Positions 39,849 to 48,879 of a stretch of 64,000 bases of DNA are shown one piece after another. Position 1 is the first letter of the stretch. The number at the start of each line of letters is the position of its first letter. Origin of the DNA: an uncultured Gemmatimonadaceae bacterium (lineage in GTDB: Bacteria > Gemmatimonadota > Gemmatimonadetes > Gemmatimonadales > Gemmatimonadaceae). The notes beneath the pieces are model-generated. The model saw only the letters and a program-made list of their open reading frames with translations. It made no database searches and was not told the DNA's origin. The DNA lies in contig CAVXGK010000001.1 in assembly GCA_963761305.1 (NCBI GenBank), positions 224,001 through 288,000 on the forward strand, given 5' to 3'. A program made the translations under genes and the position numbers.

Positions 39849-40184
39849 GGCTGTGAGGTCGGAGGATTCGGGATGCGAGAAAAGTGGCGCGTGCGCGGCG
39901 AGTTGCCAGTGGGCACTAACTGCGGCGCGCACGGATAGCCATCCTCTCAAGGCCAGGACTCCAGCGTCAGCGTCAGCGTCAGCCTTCAGAAAGGGCGACC
40001 GTGCGCGGTTGTTCCTGACGCCGGCGCTGTTGCTGCCGCCCAGAGTGCTGGCAGCCACAGCAGACGCAATCAGGCCACGACCCCCAACGAATCGCAACGG
40101 CCCGCCCTCGCTACTCGTAGCTCTCATCGACTCTTACGCCCCGCTTTTCCCCGGCGTATCGTCAACCCGCCTCCACCCCCTTCG

Positions 40185-42530
40185 ATGCGTCTCCGCTCTC
40201 TCGCCACTGCGATTCTCGCCGCCTCGGCCAGCGTCTCGTCGTCCGCGGTCGCCCAGCATGCGATTCCGACCCCGGCGTCCATCCTTGGCTTCGAGCCAGG
40301 CGCCGACCGGCATCTGCCGAGTTGGAAGCAGATCACCGACTACTTCACGGCGCTCAGCAAAGTCAGCCCGCGCGTCAAAATGCGCGTCCTCGGCAAGACC
40401 ACGCTCGGCCGCCCGTTTCTCGCCGTGTTCATCTCCGATTCGGCCACGCTCGCGAACCTCGACCACTACCGGCAGATCCAGCGCCGGCTGATGGATCCGC
40501 GGCTCCAGGCGCGTGGCGAGCGTGAGAATCTCATCGACGAAGGCAAGAACGTCATTCTCGTGACGTCGGCGATTCACTCCAACGAATCGGGCGGCTTCAC
40601 CACGCCGATCGTCCTCGCCGATCGCCTGGCGCGGGCGCAGGACCGCGAGGCGAAGGAGATTCTCGCCAACACGATCATCATCCTCGTGCCGTCGCAGAAT
40701 CCCGACGGCGTCGACATCATCGGCGACTACTACCGATCGACCATCGGCACGCCGCAGGAAGGACGCGACCCGCCGGTGCTCTACCACAAGTACGTCGGCC
40801 ATGACGACAACCGCGACTGGTACGCGTTCACGCAGCCCGAGACGCGCTACACGGTCGACTCGCTCTACACGCCGTGGGATCCGGAGATCGTCAACGACAT
40901 CCACCAGCAGGGATCGAACGCCGGGCGCATCTTCATTCCGCCGTACATGGATCCGATCGAGCCGAACATCGATCCGATTCTCACCGCGGCCACGAATGGG
41001 CTCGGCATGTCGATCGTGTGGCGCATGACGAACGAGGGCTTCACCGGGATCGGCAGCAACGCGTCGTACGACCAATGGTCGCCGGCGCGACAGTACTCGC
41101 TGTATCACCGCGGCGCACGACTCCTCACCGAAACAGCGAGCGCGTACCTCGCATCGCCGATGGACATTCCGTTCGACCAGCTTGGCGCCGGCCGCGGATA
41201 CGAAGCCAAGACCGTGACGTGGAATTTCCCGTCGCTCTGGGTCGGCGGGCATTGGGGCTACGGCGACATCGTTCGCTATCAGGTCGGCGCGAGCTGGGCG
41301 CTCTTCCTCGACGCCGCGCTCAATCGTCGCGCCTGGCTCGAGGGCTACGCGGCGCAGGCCGACCGCGCGCTTGGAGATCTCCCGGCGTGGGGGCGAGACA
41401 AGTGGCCCTCGGCGATCGTGATCTCGAAGACGCAGCCGGACACCCAGGCCTTGCAGCGCATGATCTGGACGCTGCAGCACGGGCAGGTCGAAGTGCGCGA
41501 GTCGACAGCGCCCACGACGATCGACGGCAAGACGTATCCCGCCGGCAGCTACGTGATCCTCACCAAGCAGCCGTTCGGCGCATACGCGAAAGCGTTGCTC
41601 GAGCGACAGCACTACCCCGATCTCTTCGACTATCCTGGGGGACCGCCGAAGCGCCCGTACGATGTCACGGCGCACACCCTGCCGCTGCTCTTCGGCGTCG
41701 ACGTCGCGCACGACACCGCGGCTCCGCCGGCGACCGGCGCGGTCATCAAAGAAGTGGCGGAGCCGAAATACGCCGCGGGCGTCCCGAGCTCCAAGCGTGT
41801 CGCGCTCCTTCGTCCGAGCACCAACGAGCCGATCGATGAAGGGTGGACGCACTGGATCCTCGATCTCTACAAGGTTCCGTTCACGCCGATCACCGAGAAG
41901 GATGTTGAGGCCGGTTCGCTCAACGACCGCTTCGACGTCATCGTGATTCCCGAGGGCGGAATCGGTGGCGGAGGTCGCGGTGGCGGTGGCGGTGGCGGAG
42001 GGCGCGGCGGGATTGTTCCAGCTGGCGGGGCTCGTGAAGGACGCGGCGGGGGAGTGGCCGAGGAATTCGGCGCGCTCGACACGTTCGTCAAGAACGGCGG
42101 ATCGGTGCTGGCGTTCAACACGGCGTCGAGCGCCGTCATCACGGGGCTCAAGCTGCCGGTGAAAAACGTGCTCGCCGGCGTGTCGAGCAACGATTTCTAT
42201 TGCCCCGGGTCGATCCTCGGTGTGGAGATCGACCGGTCGAGCCCGCTCGCCCGGGGCTTCACGGCGACTGTTCCCGCCATTTGGTTTGAAGGCGGTCCGG
42301 CATTCGAGATCACAGATCCGTCGCAAGCGACAGCGGTGGCGACCTATCCCGTTACAGGAAATCCCCTCCTTTCAGGCTGGCTGCTCGGGGGGTCGAAGCT
42401 CAATGGCAAGGCCGCGCTCGTGGACGTCAAAATGGGGCGCGGGCACGTGGTGCTTTACGGGTTCCGGCCGCAGTACCGCGGCCAGTCGATGGCAACGTAC
42501 TCGTTGATCTGGAATGCCATCGGGCAGTGA
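40185..42530 (+). CDS. Secreted M14-family zinc carboxypeptidase
   Basis: Signal peptide, 'IHSNE' (HxxE), 'NPDG', 'DNRD', 'DIHQ'. Confidence 0.88.
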   Translation: MRLRSLATAILAASASVSSSAVAQHAIPTPASILGFEPGADRHLPSWKQITDYFTALSKVSPRVKMRVLGKTTLGRPFLAVFISDSATLANLDHYRQIQRRLMDPRLQARGERENLIDEGKNVILVTSAIHSNESGGFTTPIVLADRLARAQDREAKEILANTIIILVPSQNPDGVDIIGDYYRSTIGTPQEGRDPPVLYHKYVGHDDNRDWYAFTQPETRYTVDSLYTPWDPEIVNDIHQQGSNAGRIFIPPYMDPIEPNIDPILTAATNGLGMSIVWRMTNEGFTGIGSNASYDQWSPARQYSLYHRGARLLTETASAYLASPMDIPFDQLGAGRGYEAKTVTWNFPSLWVGGHWGYGDIVRYQVGASWALFLDAALNRRAWLEGYAAQADRALGDLPAWGRDKWPSAIVISKTQPDTQALQRMIWTLQHGQVEVRESTAPTTIDGKTYPAGSYVILTKQPFGAYAKALLERQHYPDLFDYPGGPPKRPYDVTAHTLPLLFGVDVAHDTAAPPATGAVIKEVAEPKYAAGVPSSKRVALLRPSTNEPIDEGWTHWILDLYKVPFTPITEKDVEAGSLNDRFDVIVIPEGGIGGGGRGGGGGGGGRGGIVPAGGAREGRGGGVAEEFGALDTFVKNGGSVLAFNTASSAVITGLKLPVKNVLAGVSSNDFYCPGSILGVEIDRSSPLARGFTATVPAIWFEGGPAFEITDPSQATAVATYPVTGNPLLSGWLLGGSKLNGKAALVDVKMGRGHVVLYGFRPQYRGQSMATYSLIWNAIGQ

Positions 42531-42619
42531 GCCGCGCGTCACCGCGCGGCTGCAATGAGCGGTTGCAGCGAAAAAAAATCGATCGTGCTCGGAAACAGTG
42601 TGGGGGAGCGCGGGTAAGA

Positions 42620-42643
42620 TTGACAAGTGTGATTCAAGTCACG
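42620..42643 (+). promoter_or_regulatory. TTGACA hexamer abutting a CRP/FNR-like palindrome upstream of the matrixin gene
   Basis: TTGACA at 42620-42625; TGTGA-ttcaag-TCACg at 42628-42643; no clear -10 at 17 bp. Confidence 0.35.
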
Positions 42644-42741
42644 CTCCCGCCTCCACGGCAGTGAGACGCCCGGTCTCTCGCGCCTGTTCGAAGTCAGACC
42701 CTCCTCTCCGGGCTTAGTCGCTCCTTCCTTCCGCAGGTCAA

Positions 42742-43461
42742 ATGCAGCATCGCCGGACTGTTCTCACCCTCGGGCGCGTCGCGGGCACCATGGGCGCCGC
42801 GTTCGTAACGGTCGCCGCGCTCAATTGTGCCGCGTACTCGGCCAACGGCCGTGACGGCACGCTTGCCCCGCTCACGGCGTCGCGCCGCGGGGCCAACGAC
42901 TTCATCTCGTTGAACGCGGTCCTCTCGGCCGCACCCGGCACCTACATCGAACAAGTTCTCGCTGACCGCGACTCGACGATCGAGCGTTGGCCGGCCCACG
43001 TGGCACAGCCGCTCCGCGTCTGGATCGACTCGTCTTCTCTGTGCAGCGGAGAGCAGGCGTCGTTCCCGGCAGCCGTGCGCACCGCGTTCACTACGTGGGG
43101 AACGGCGGGCATCCCGCTCCGGTTCTCGTTTGTCCCGTCGAGCCGAGATGCGGACATTCGCGTGCACTGGATCGGGCATCTCGATCACAAGACCGGTTCC
43201 ACGACGTGGCGCACGGACCGCAACGGCTGGCTGACTGTGGGCGACATCACACTTGCCACGCACATCAGCGACGGCCAGGCGCTCGACACGCGCGGAATGC
43301 GCGCGATCGCCCTTCATGAAGTCGGCCACGCGCTGGGACTCAGCCACAGCTTGGATCCAAAAGACATCATGGCTCCGCTGATTCGTGTGGACGGCTTGAG
43401 CCTGTCCGACCGAAACACGATCAAGCTGTTATACTCCTTTCCAGCAGGTCCCATCCACTAA
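42742..43461 (+). CDS. Matrixin-family (M10-like) zinc metalloprotease
   Basis: 'HEVGHALGLSHS' (HExxHxxGxxH) plus Met-turn 'DIMAP'. Confidence 0.9.
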   Translation: MQHRRTVLTLGRVAGTMGAAFVTVAALNCAAYSANGRDGTLAPLTASRRGANDFISLNAVLSAAPGTYIEQVLADRDSTIERWPAHVAQPLRVWIDSSSLCSGEQASFPAAVRTAFTTWGTAGIPLRFSFVPSSRDADIRVHWIGHLDHKTGSTTWRTDRNGWLTVGDITLATHISDGQALDTRGMRAIALHEVGHALGLSHSLDPKDIMAPLIRVDGLSLSDRNTIKLLYSFPAGPIH

Positions 43462-43496
43462 ATACTCCCCTCTGTTTCACCCCGGCCCCCGGTCCA

Positions 43497-44435
43497 ATGC
43501 GCAAATTCGGTCTGCTCATCCCGTTCGCCGCGGTCTCGATGTTGGCGGCATGTGATCCACAAGCAGGGAGCAAGCTCAAGGCCCTCGCCCACGCAGACTC
43601 GCTGCGCACCGATTCGCTGATCTCCATCAAGAACGATCTCTTGAACGAGGTCATGTCGTCGACACAATTCGTCAACGACCTCAATAGCGAAATCGCCAGG
43701 CTCAAAGCCAAACAAAACGTCGCTCTCGCCACCAAGCTGACGAGCGAATCCGACATGTCCGCGATCAAGGACGAGCGCGCGGCTGTCGTCAAGCGTATCC
43801 AGAACCTGGTCATGCGGCTCGATTCGAGCGAAGCGCGCGTCGGCAACCTCCGCAAGCGCGCCTCGACCCTCGCCACGCACGACTCGACGCTCGTCACCCA
43901 GATCGCCGAATACGAGAAGACGATCGCCGACCTGCGCCACACGGTCGATACGCAGCGCGCCGACTATGAGGCGACGATCGCCAAGCAGACCGCGCAGATC
44001 GCGACGCTGAACTCGAAGGTCGACACAGTCACCACCGAGAACACGCGCCTCATGGGCGAGGCCAAGACCTTGAGCGACACGGTCACGCAGCTCACGACGG
44101 CGGTGAACACGGCGTACTACGTCATCGGCACCAAGGACGACCTGATCAAGCAAGGCATCCTCGTCGAGGAAGGCCGCAAGCGCTTCTATCTCTTCGGCGG
44201 CCGGAGCGTATCAGAAGCGCGCGAGCTCGATCCGTCGAAGTTCACGCGCATCGACCGGGCAAAGGACAAGGTGATCAACTTCCCCGAGGGCGACTACGCG
44301 ATCTTCACGCGGCAGAACCCGGCCTACGCCTCGCCCTTCGCCTCGAAGGACGGCATGATGTCCGGCGGCCTGCGCATCGACCAGCCGGATCGCTTCTGGG
44401 AGTCGTCGAGGTTTCTCATCATTGTGAAGCTGTAG
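43497..44435 (+). CDS. Coiled-coil lipoprotein of unknown function
   Basis: Lipobox 'MLAAC', long heptad region, C-terminal globular domain starting 'NTAYYVIGTKDDL'. Confidence 0.8.
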   Translation: MRKFGLLIPFAAVSMLAACDPQAGSKLKALAHADSLRTDSLISIKNDLLNEVMSSTQFVNDLNSEIARLKAKQNVALATKLTSESDMSAIKDERAAVVKRIQNLVMRLDSSEARVGNLRKRASTLATHDSTLVTQIAEYEKTIADLRHTVDTQRADYEATIAKQTAQIATLNSKVDTVTTENTRLMGEAKTLSDTVTQLTTAVNTAYYVIGTKDDLIKQGILVEEGRKRFYLFGGRSVSEARELDPSKFTRIDRAKDKVINFPEGDYAIFTRQNPAYASPFASKDGMMSGGLRIDQPDRFWESSRFLIIVKL

Positions 44436-44584
44436 ACCGGTGAACAGGTGAACGGGTGGACAGGTGGACGGCTAACAGCCTGATCACTTGACCGCGTAGC
44501 AACGAGGGGACCGCTTCGAGACTGGAAGCGGTCCCTTGTTGTTTCCCGTCCACCTGTCCACCCGTCCACCCGTCCACCCGTCCA
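44435..44584. repeat. Inverted octamer arrays flanking an intrinsic terminator
   Basis: (RGGTGRAC)n at 44435-44471 and (CYGTCCAC)n at 44546-44584. Confidence 0.8.
44507..44544 (+). terminator. Rho-independent terminator after the lipoprotein gene
   Basis: GGGACCGCTTC-gagactg-GAAGCGGTCCC followed by TTGTTGTTT. Confidence 0.7.
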
Positions 44585-44591
44585 TCTCCTC

Positions 44592-47090
44592 GTGCCCCTC
44601 CCCATCGAGCCCATCCTTCCGGCGATTCGCGACGCGCTGGGTGAGCGTGGGTGCGTCGTCGTGCAGGCGCCGCCCGGAGCGGGAAAGACGACGATGGTGC
44701 CGCTCGCGTTGCTCGACGCTCCGTGGCGCGGCGATCAATCGATCGTGATGCTCGAGCCGCGCCGCGTGGCGACGCGTGCGGCGGCGTGGCGACTGGCCGA
44801 GTTGCGCGGCGAGAGCGTCGGTGAGACGATCGGCTACCGAATGCGCGGCGAGCGGCGCGTTGGCCGCGCGACGCGCGTCGAGGTCGTCACCGAAGGCGTG
44901 CTGACACGCCGACTGCAACGCGACCCGACGCTCGACGGCGTGGGCGTGCTGATCTTCGACGAGTTTCACGAACGCAGCCTCGACGCAGACCTGGCGCTCG
45001 CTCTCGCGCTGCGCACCAGGGCGCTCGTGCGCGACGATCTCCGCATCGTCGTCATGTCGGCCACGCTCGACGGCGAATCGGTCGCGCGGCTCCTCGGCGA
45101 TGCGCCGATCGTAACCAGCCACGGGCGCTCGTTCCCGATCGAGACGCGACACGTCGAGCCTCGGCGCAACGTGCGCATCGAGGCGGCGGTGACCAACGCG
45201 ATCGTGGACGCGCTCCGCCGCGACGAGGGCGACCTCCTCGTGTTTCTCCCCGGCGCGGGAGAAATCCGGCGCGTGGAGTCACTGCTCGCCCAGCGCGTGG
45301 AGCCCGGCGTCGTCGTCAGCCCGCTCTACGGAATGCTCGATCGCGACGGCCAGGATCGCGCGCTGTTTCCCGATCGCGGTGGACGCCGAAAGGTCGTGCT
45401 GTCCACGTCAATTGCCGAAACGAGTCTCACGATCGAAGGAATCACGATCGTCGTCGACAGCGGTCTCTCGCGCGCGCCGCGGTTTTCGCCCCGCACCGGG
45501 ATGACGCGCCTCGAGACGGTGCGCGTGTCGAAGTCCTCGGCCGATCAACGCCGCGGCCGAGCCGGACGCACCGCGCCGGGCGTGTGCTACCGGCTTTGGC
45601 CGGAACACGAGACGCTTCACCTGCTCGAGCAATCGCCGCCGGAGATTCTGCACGCCGACCTCGCGTCGGTCGCGCTCGACCTCGCCGCTGCCGGCGTCAC
45701 CGAACCGACCGAGCTCGCGTGGCTCGACGCGCCGCCCCCCGCCGCGTTCGCCCAGGCGCGCGAGCTGCTCGCCGAGCTCGACGCGCTCGACGCTTCGGGC
45801 GACGTCACGCCCCACGGCCGCGCGATGGGTGAGATCGCGGTCCATCCCCGACTCGCGCACATGATGTTGCGCGCCAGGGAAAACGGGGCCGCGCGCGACG
45901 CCTGCGACCTCGCCGCGCTGCTCTCCGAACGAGATGTGCTGCGCTCTCGCGACGGCGCGATCGACGCCGACGTGTCTCGCCGCATCGATGTCCTCCGCGG
46001 CGCCCGCGACGATTCCGCCGACGTCGATCGCGACGCGCTCGGCCGCGCCCGCGCCGAATCCGCTCGCCTTTTCGCGCATCTCGACGCTCTTTCCGTCAGT
46101 TCCCGTCCACCCGTCCACCCGTCCACCCGTCCACCCGCACTACTTGCCCTCGCCTATCCCGACCGCGTCGCGCGCCGCCGCCCGGGAACGCGCGCCCGGT
46201 TTGTTCTTCGCAACGGGCGTGGCGCGGAGCTGCGCGAAACCGATGGGCTTGCGTCGTCGCCGTTCATCGTGGCCGCGCAGCTCGACGATCGCAAACCGGA
46301 AGCGCAGGTCTATCTCGCCGCCGAAATCCACGAGGACGACGTGCGGCGATTGTTCGCCGATCAGATCGTGACCGGCGAGTCCGTCGAATTCGACGACGCA
46401 ACGAACGCCGTCGTGGCGCGGCGCGTCGAGCGACTCGGCGCGATCGTGCTGCGCGAGGCGACGATCGCCGATCCGTCGGAAGACGCGGTGCGCGTCGCGC
46501 TGCTCGACGCGATTCGGCGCCGCGGCGTCGCGTCGCTGCCGTGGACTGACGGCGTGACGCGCCTCAGGCAGCGCATCGCGTTCGTGTCCGCGCACGACGA
46601 CAGCTGGCCCGACGTGTCGGATGCCGCGCTCTCGGCGCGGCTCGACGAATGGCTCGCGCCCGCGCTCAGCGGCGTGCGACGACTGTCGGCGCTCGAGCGG
46701 GCGGATCTATCCGACGCACTCGCGTCGCTGCTTGACTGGCGCCAGCGCCGCGCCCTCGACGACCTCGCCCCGACGCACGTCGTCGTGCCGACGGGTTCAC
46801 GTATTCCGATCGACTACTCGGATCCGAACGCGCCGAGTGTCGCCGTCAGGCTGCAGGAAGTGTTCGGGTTGACCGAATCACCACGCCTGCTCGACGGGCG
46901 GGTCGCCGTGACCATGCAGCTCCTCTCGCCGGCGCACCGGCCCGTGCAGACGACGCGCGATCTCGCCGGGTTCTGGCGAACGAGCTACTTCGACGTGCGA
47001 AAGGAAATGCGCGGGAGGTACCCGAGGCACGAGTGGCCCGAAGATCCGATCGCCGCGGCGCCGACGAAGCGCGCCAAACCGAGACGATGA
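44592..47090 (+). CDS. hrpB: ATP-dependent helicase HrpB
   Basis: 'APPGAGKTT', 'DEFHERS', 'MSAT', 'QRRGRAGR', C-terminal 'RGRYPRHEWPEDP'. Confidence 0.95.
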   Translation: MPLPIEPILPAIRDALGERGCVVVQAPPGAGKTTMVPLALLDAPWRGDQSIVMLEPRRVATRAAAWRLAELRGESVGETIGYRMRGERRVGRATRVEVVTEGVLTRRLQRDPTLDGVGVLIFDEFHERSLDADLALALALRTRALVRDDLRIVVMSATLDGESVARLLGDAPIVTSHGRSFPIETRHVEPRRNVRIEAAVTNAIVDALRRDEGDLLVFLPGAGEIRRVESLLAQRVEPGVVVSPLYGMLDRDGQDRALFPDRGGRRKVVLSTSIAETSLTIEGITIVVDSGLSRAPRFSPRTGMTRLETVRVSKSSADQRRGRAGRTAPGVCYRLWPEHETLHLLEQSPPEILHADLASVALDLAAAGVTEPTELAWLDAPPPAAFAQARELLAELDALDASGDVTPHGRAMGEIAVHPRLAHMMLRARENGAARDACDLAALLSERDVLRSRDGAIDADVSRRIDVLRGARDDSADVDRDALGRARAESARLFAHLDALSVSSRPPVHPSTRPPALLALAYPDRVARRRPGTRARFVLRNGRGAELRETDGLASSPFIVAAQLDDRKPEAQVYLAAEIHEDDVRRLFADQIVTGESVEFDDATNAVVARRVERLGAIVLREATIADPSEDAVRVALLDAIRRRGVASLPWTDGVTRLRQRIAFVSAHDDSWPDVSDAALSARLDEWLAPALSGVRRLSALERADLSDALASLLDWRQRRALDDLAPTHVVVPTGSRIPIDYSDPNAPSVAVRLQEVFGLTESPRLLDGRVAVTMQLLSPAHRPVQTTRDLAGFWRTSYFDVRKEMRGRYPRHEWPEDPIAAAPTKRAKPRR
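46103..46137. repeat. Octamer tandem repeat inside the hrpB coding sequence
   Basis: ccgtccac x4 + ccg, translated in frame as RPPVHPSTRPP. Confidence 0.85.
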
Positions 47091-47109
47091 ACGCGAAACG
47101 CGAGCGGAA

Positions 47110-48597
47110 TCACCAGTAGGGATTGCTGCCGCGCTCCGTCATCCGCTTCGCGAACTCGAGATCTCTCACGCGATTGATCGTCAACGTGAACCCGGTGATC
47201 TCTCCGCGATCGCTGCGCACCACGCGCAACAACATCTGGTCGTTGTTGGTGAACAGGTCGGCCGAGAAGGTGACGAACCGCAAATCGGATTCGTGCGCCC
47301 GCCGAAGCAGCAGCAACCCGTCTCTCGCGACGAGCGACACGCCGAGGTCGAGCTCCGGGCTGTAGTAGTCGCCGGCCAGTTGCGCCAACTGGTCGTTTCG
47401 CTTGCGCGAGATCGTTGAGTCGCCGGCCGCGGGCGCCATGCCGACGCTGAACGGACCGGCCGCGAAGTCGAGGGCGCTCGTCGCCGTCACGCGGCGCTGC
47501 GGAATCAAACCGAGGTGCACCGACGCAACCTGGTCGGCGAGCGTAATCGGCGCGCTCGCGGTGTTGCAGAGCGTGATCACGCTCAGGTGCCGGTCGGGAA
47601 TGCGCAGCACTGAGCTGCGGTAGCCGCCGTACGCGCCGCGATGCGAGTACGTCGTGCTGCCGGCCATCTCGCCGAGGGTGAGCGCGAGCGCGTACGGAAT
47701 CGTCTGGCCGTTGTTCAGGCGGCCCGGTTCCTCGAGCTCGGCCACACCGGCCTTGCCGCCGACGCGGCCGCTCTCGAAGTTCGCGTCCCACTTCGCGAGA
47801 TCCTCGATCGTCGAGAACACGCCGCCGTCGCCGACGACGTCGAACTCCGGTTGGCTGATCCGATAGCTCGATCCACTCGGTTGGTATCCGATCGCCCGGT
47901 GAGGAATGATCTCGGTATGATCGTCTCTGAATTCAGTGCTGTTCATGCCGAGCGGCTTGAAGATGTGCTCGGCGGCGTAGTCGCGGAGCGACTCGCCCGA
48001 TGCGCGTTCGACGACGAGCCCGAGAAGCGCGTAGCCGGTGTTGCTGTAGAGGAACTCGTCGCCCGGCGTGAAGTTGAGATTCTTCTGTCGGCTCACGAGG
48101 TCGATGAACTGCCGCTCGGTGAGCGACCCGTCGCTCGGCCAACCGGAGAGAGCGAGGAGCGTGAAGTAGTCGCGCAGTCCGCTGGTGTGGTGGAGCAGTT
48201 GGCGCAGCGTGATCGGCGGGCCGAACGACGGCACCTGAGGCACCCAGCGGCGAATCCAGTCGTCGAGGGATAGACGCCCTTCCTGCGCCAGCAGCACGAT
48301 GCTCATCGCCGTGAACTGCTTCGACAACGACGAGATGTAGAAGCGGCTCGTCGGTGTGATCGGCGTGTCGTGCTCGAGGTCGGCCATGCCGTACCCCTTG
48401 GCGAACGCGAGCTGACCGTCGCGGACGACGCCCACCGCGCACCCCGGCGACGCCGTCGATCCGTACGGCGCGAAGATGGAGTCGACCCAACGGTTCGCCG
48501 AATCCAACGGAGTCAGACGCGCCTGCGCGCCGGCCGCTCCGGTCCCGAGACCGAGCGCGGCAATCAGTATGGCGATGGCGAGCCCAACCCGACGCAT
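47110..48597 (-). CDS. Secreted serine hydrolase, beta-lactamase (AmpC-like) family
   Basis: Signal peptide, SxxK 'SLSK', 'LLHHTSG', 'YSN', 'HRG'. Confidence 0.9.
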   Translation of the reverse strand: MRRVGLAIAILIAALGLGTGAAGAQARLTPLDSANRWVDSIFAPYGSTASPGCAVGVVRDGQLAFAKGYGMADLEHDTPITPTSRFYISSLSKQFTAMSIVLLAQEGRLSLDDWIRRWVPQVPSFGPPITLRQLLHHTSGLRDYFTLLALSGWPSDGSLTERQFIDLVSRQKNLNFTPGDEFLYSNTGYALLGLVVERASGESLRDYAAEHIFKPLGMNSTEFRDDHTEIIPHRAIGYQPSGSSYRISQPEFDVVGDGGVFSTIEDLAKWDANFESGRVGGKAGVAELEEPGRLNNGQTIPYALALTLGEMAGSTTYSHRGAYGGYRSSVLRIPDRHLSVITLCNTASAPITLADQVASVHLGLIPQRRVTATSALDFAAGPFSVGMAPAAGDSTISRKRNDQLAQLAGDYYSPELDLGVSLVARDGLLLLRRAHESDLRFVTFSADLFTNNDQMLLRVVRSDRGEITGFTLTINRVRDLEFAKRMTERGSNPYW

Positions 48598-48714
48598 CGA
48601 GGACTTCCCCCCTCTACCGGCGTTCTCGAATCCTTCCATGGTCCGCACGGGATGTCCAGCAAGAGACTGAAATCCTTGCAAGCCGTAACGGCCGGGCAAG
48701 TGCGACTTAGGGTG

Positions 48715-48757
48715 CCGGTGGACCGGTGGACCGGTAGACCGGTGGACCGGTAGACCG
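48715..48757. repeat. Octamer tandem repeat (CCGGTRGA x5)
   Basis: ccggtgga ccggtgga ccggtaga ccggtgga ccggtaga ccg. Confidence 0.85.
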
Positions 48758-48772
48758 CGGCTCTCGGCTGCT

Positions 48773-48835
48773 GGCTCTCGCTCTTTGCTCGAGGCTCTCG
48801 CTCTTTGCTCGAGGCTCTGGCTATTTGCTCGAGGC
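48773..48835. repeat. 20-bp tandem repeat x3
   Basis: GGCTCTCGCTCTTTGCTCGA x2 followed by GGCTCTGGCTATTTGCTCGA. Confidence 0.85.
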
Positions 48836-48879
48836 CGGGCTCGCTTCCACTTACGAGATCGCGGTGCCGTCGTGACGGC

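Noticed and set aside
37350..39938. Long antisense and alternate-frame ORFs (e.g. 862 aa at 37350-39938, 730 aa at 40134-42326, 660 aa at 1218-3200)
   Set aside because: Shadow ORFs expected in high-GC DNA opposite well-supported genes; Arg/Ala-rich with no motifs.
42549..42578. Hairpin GCTGCAA/TTGCAGC followed by A8 as a terminator
   Set aside because: The A-run is on the wrong side to give a U-tract after the stem on either strand.
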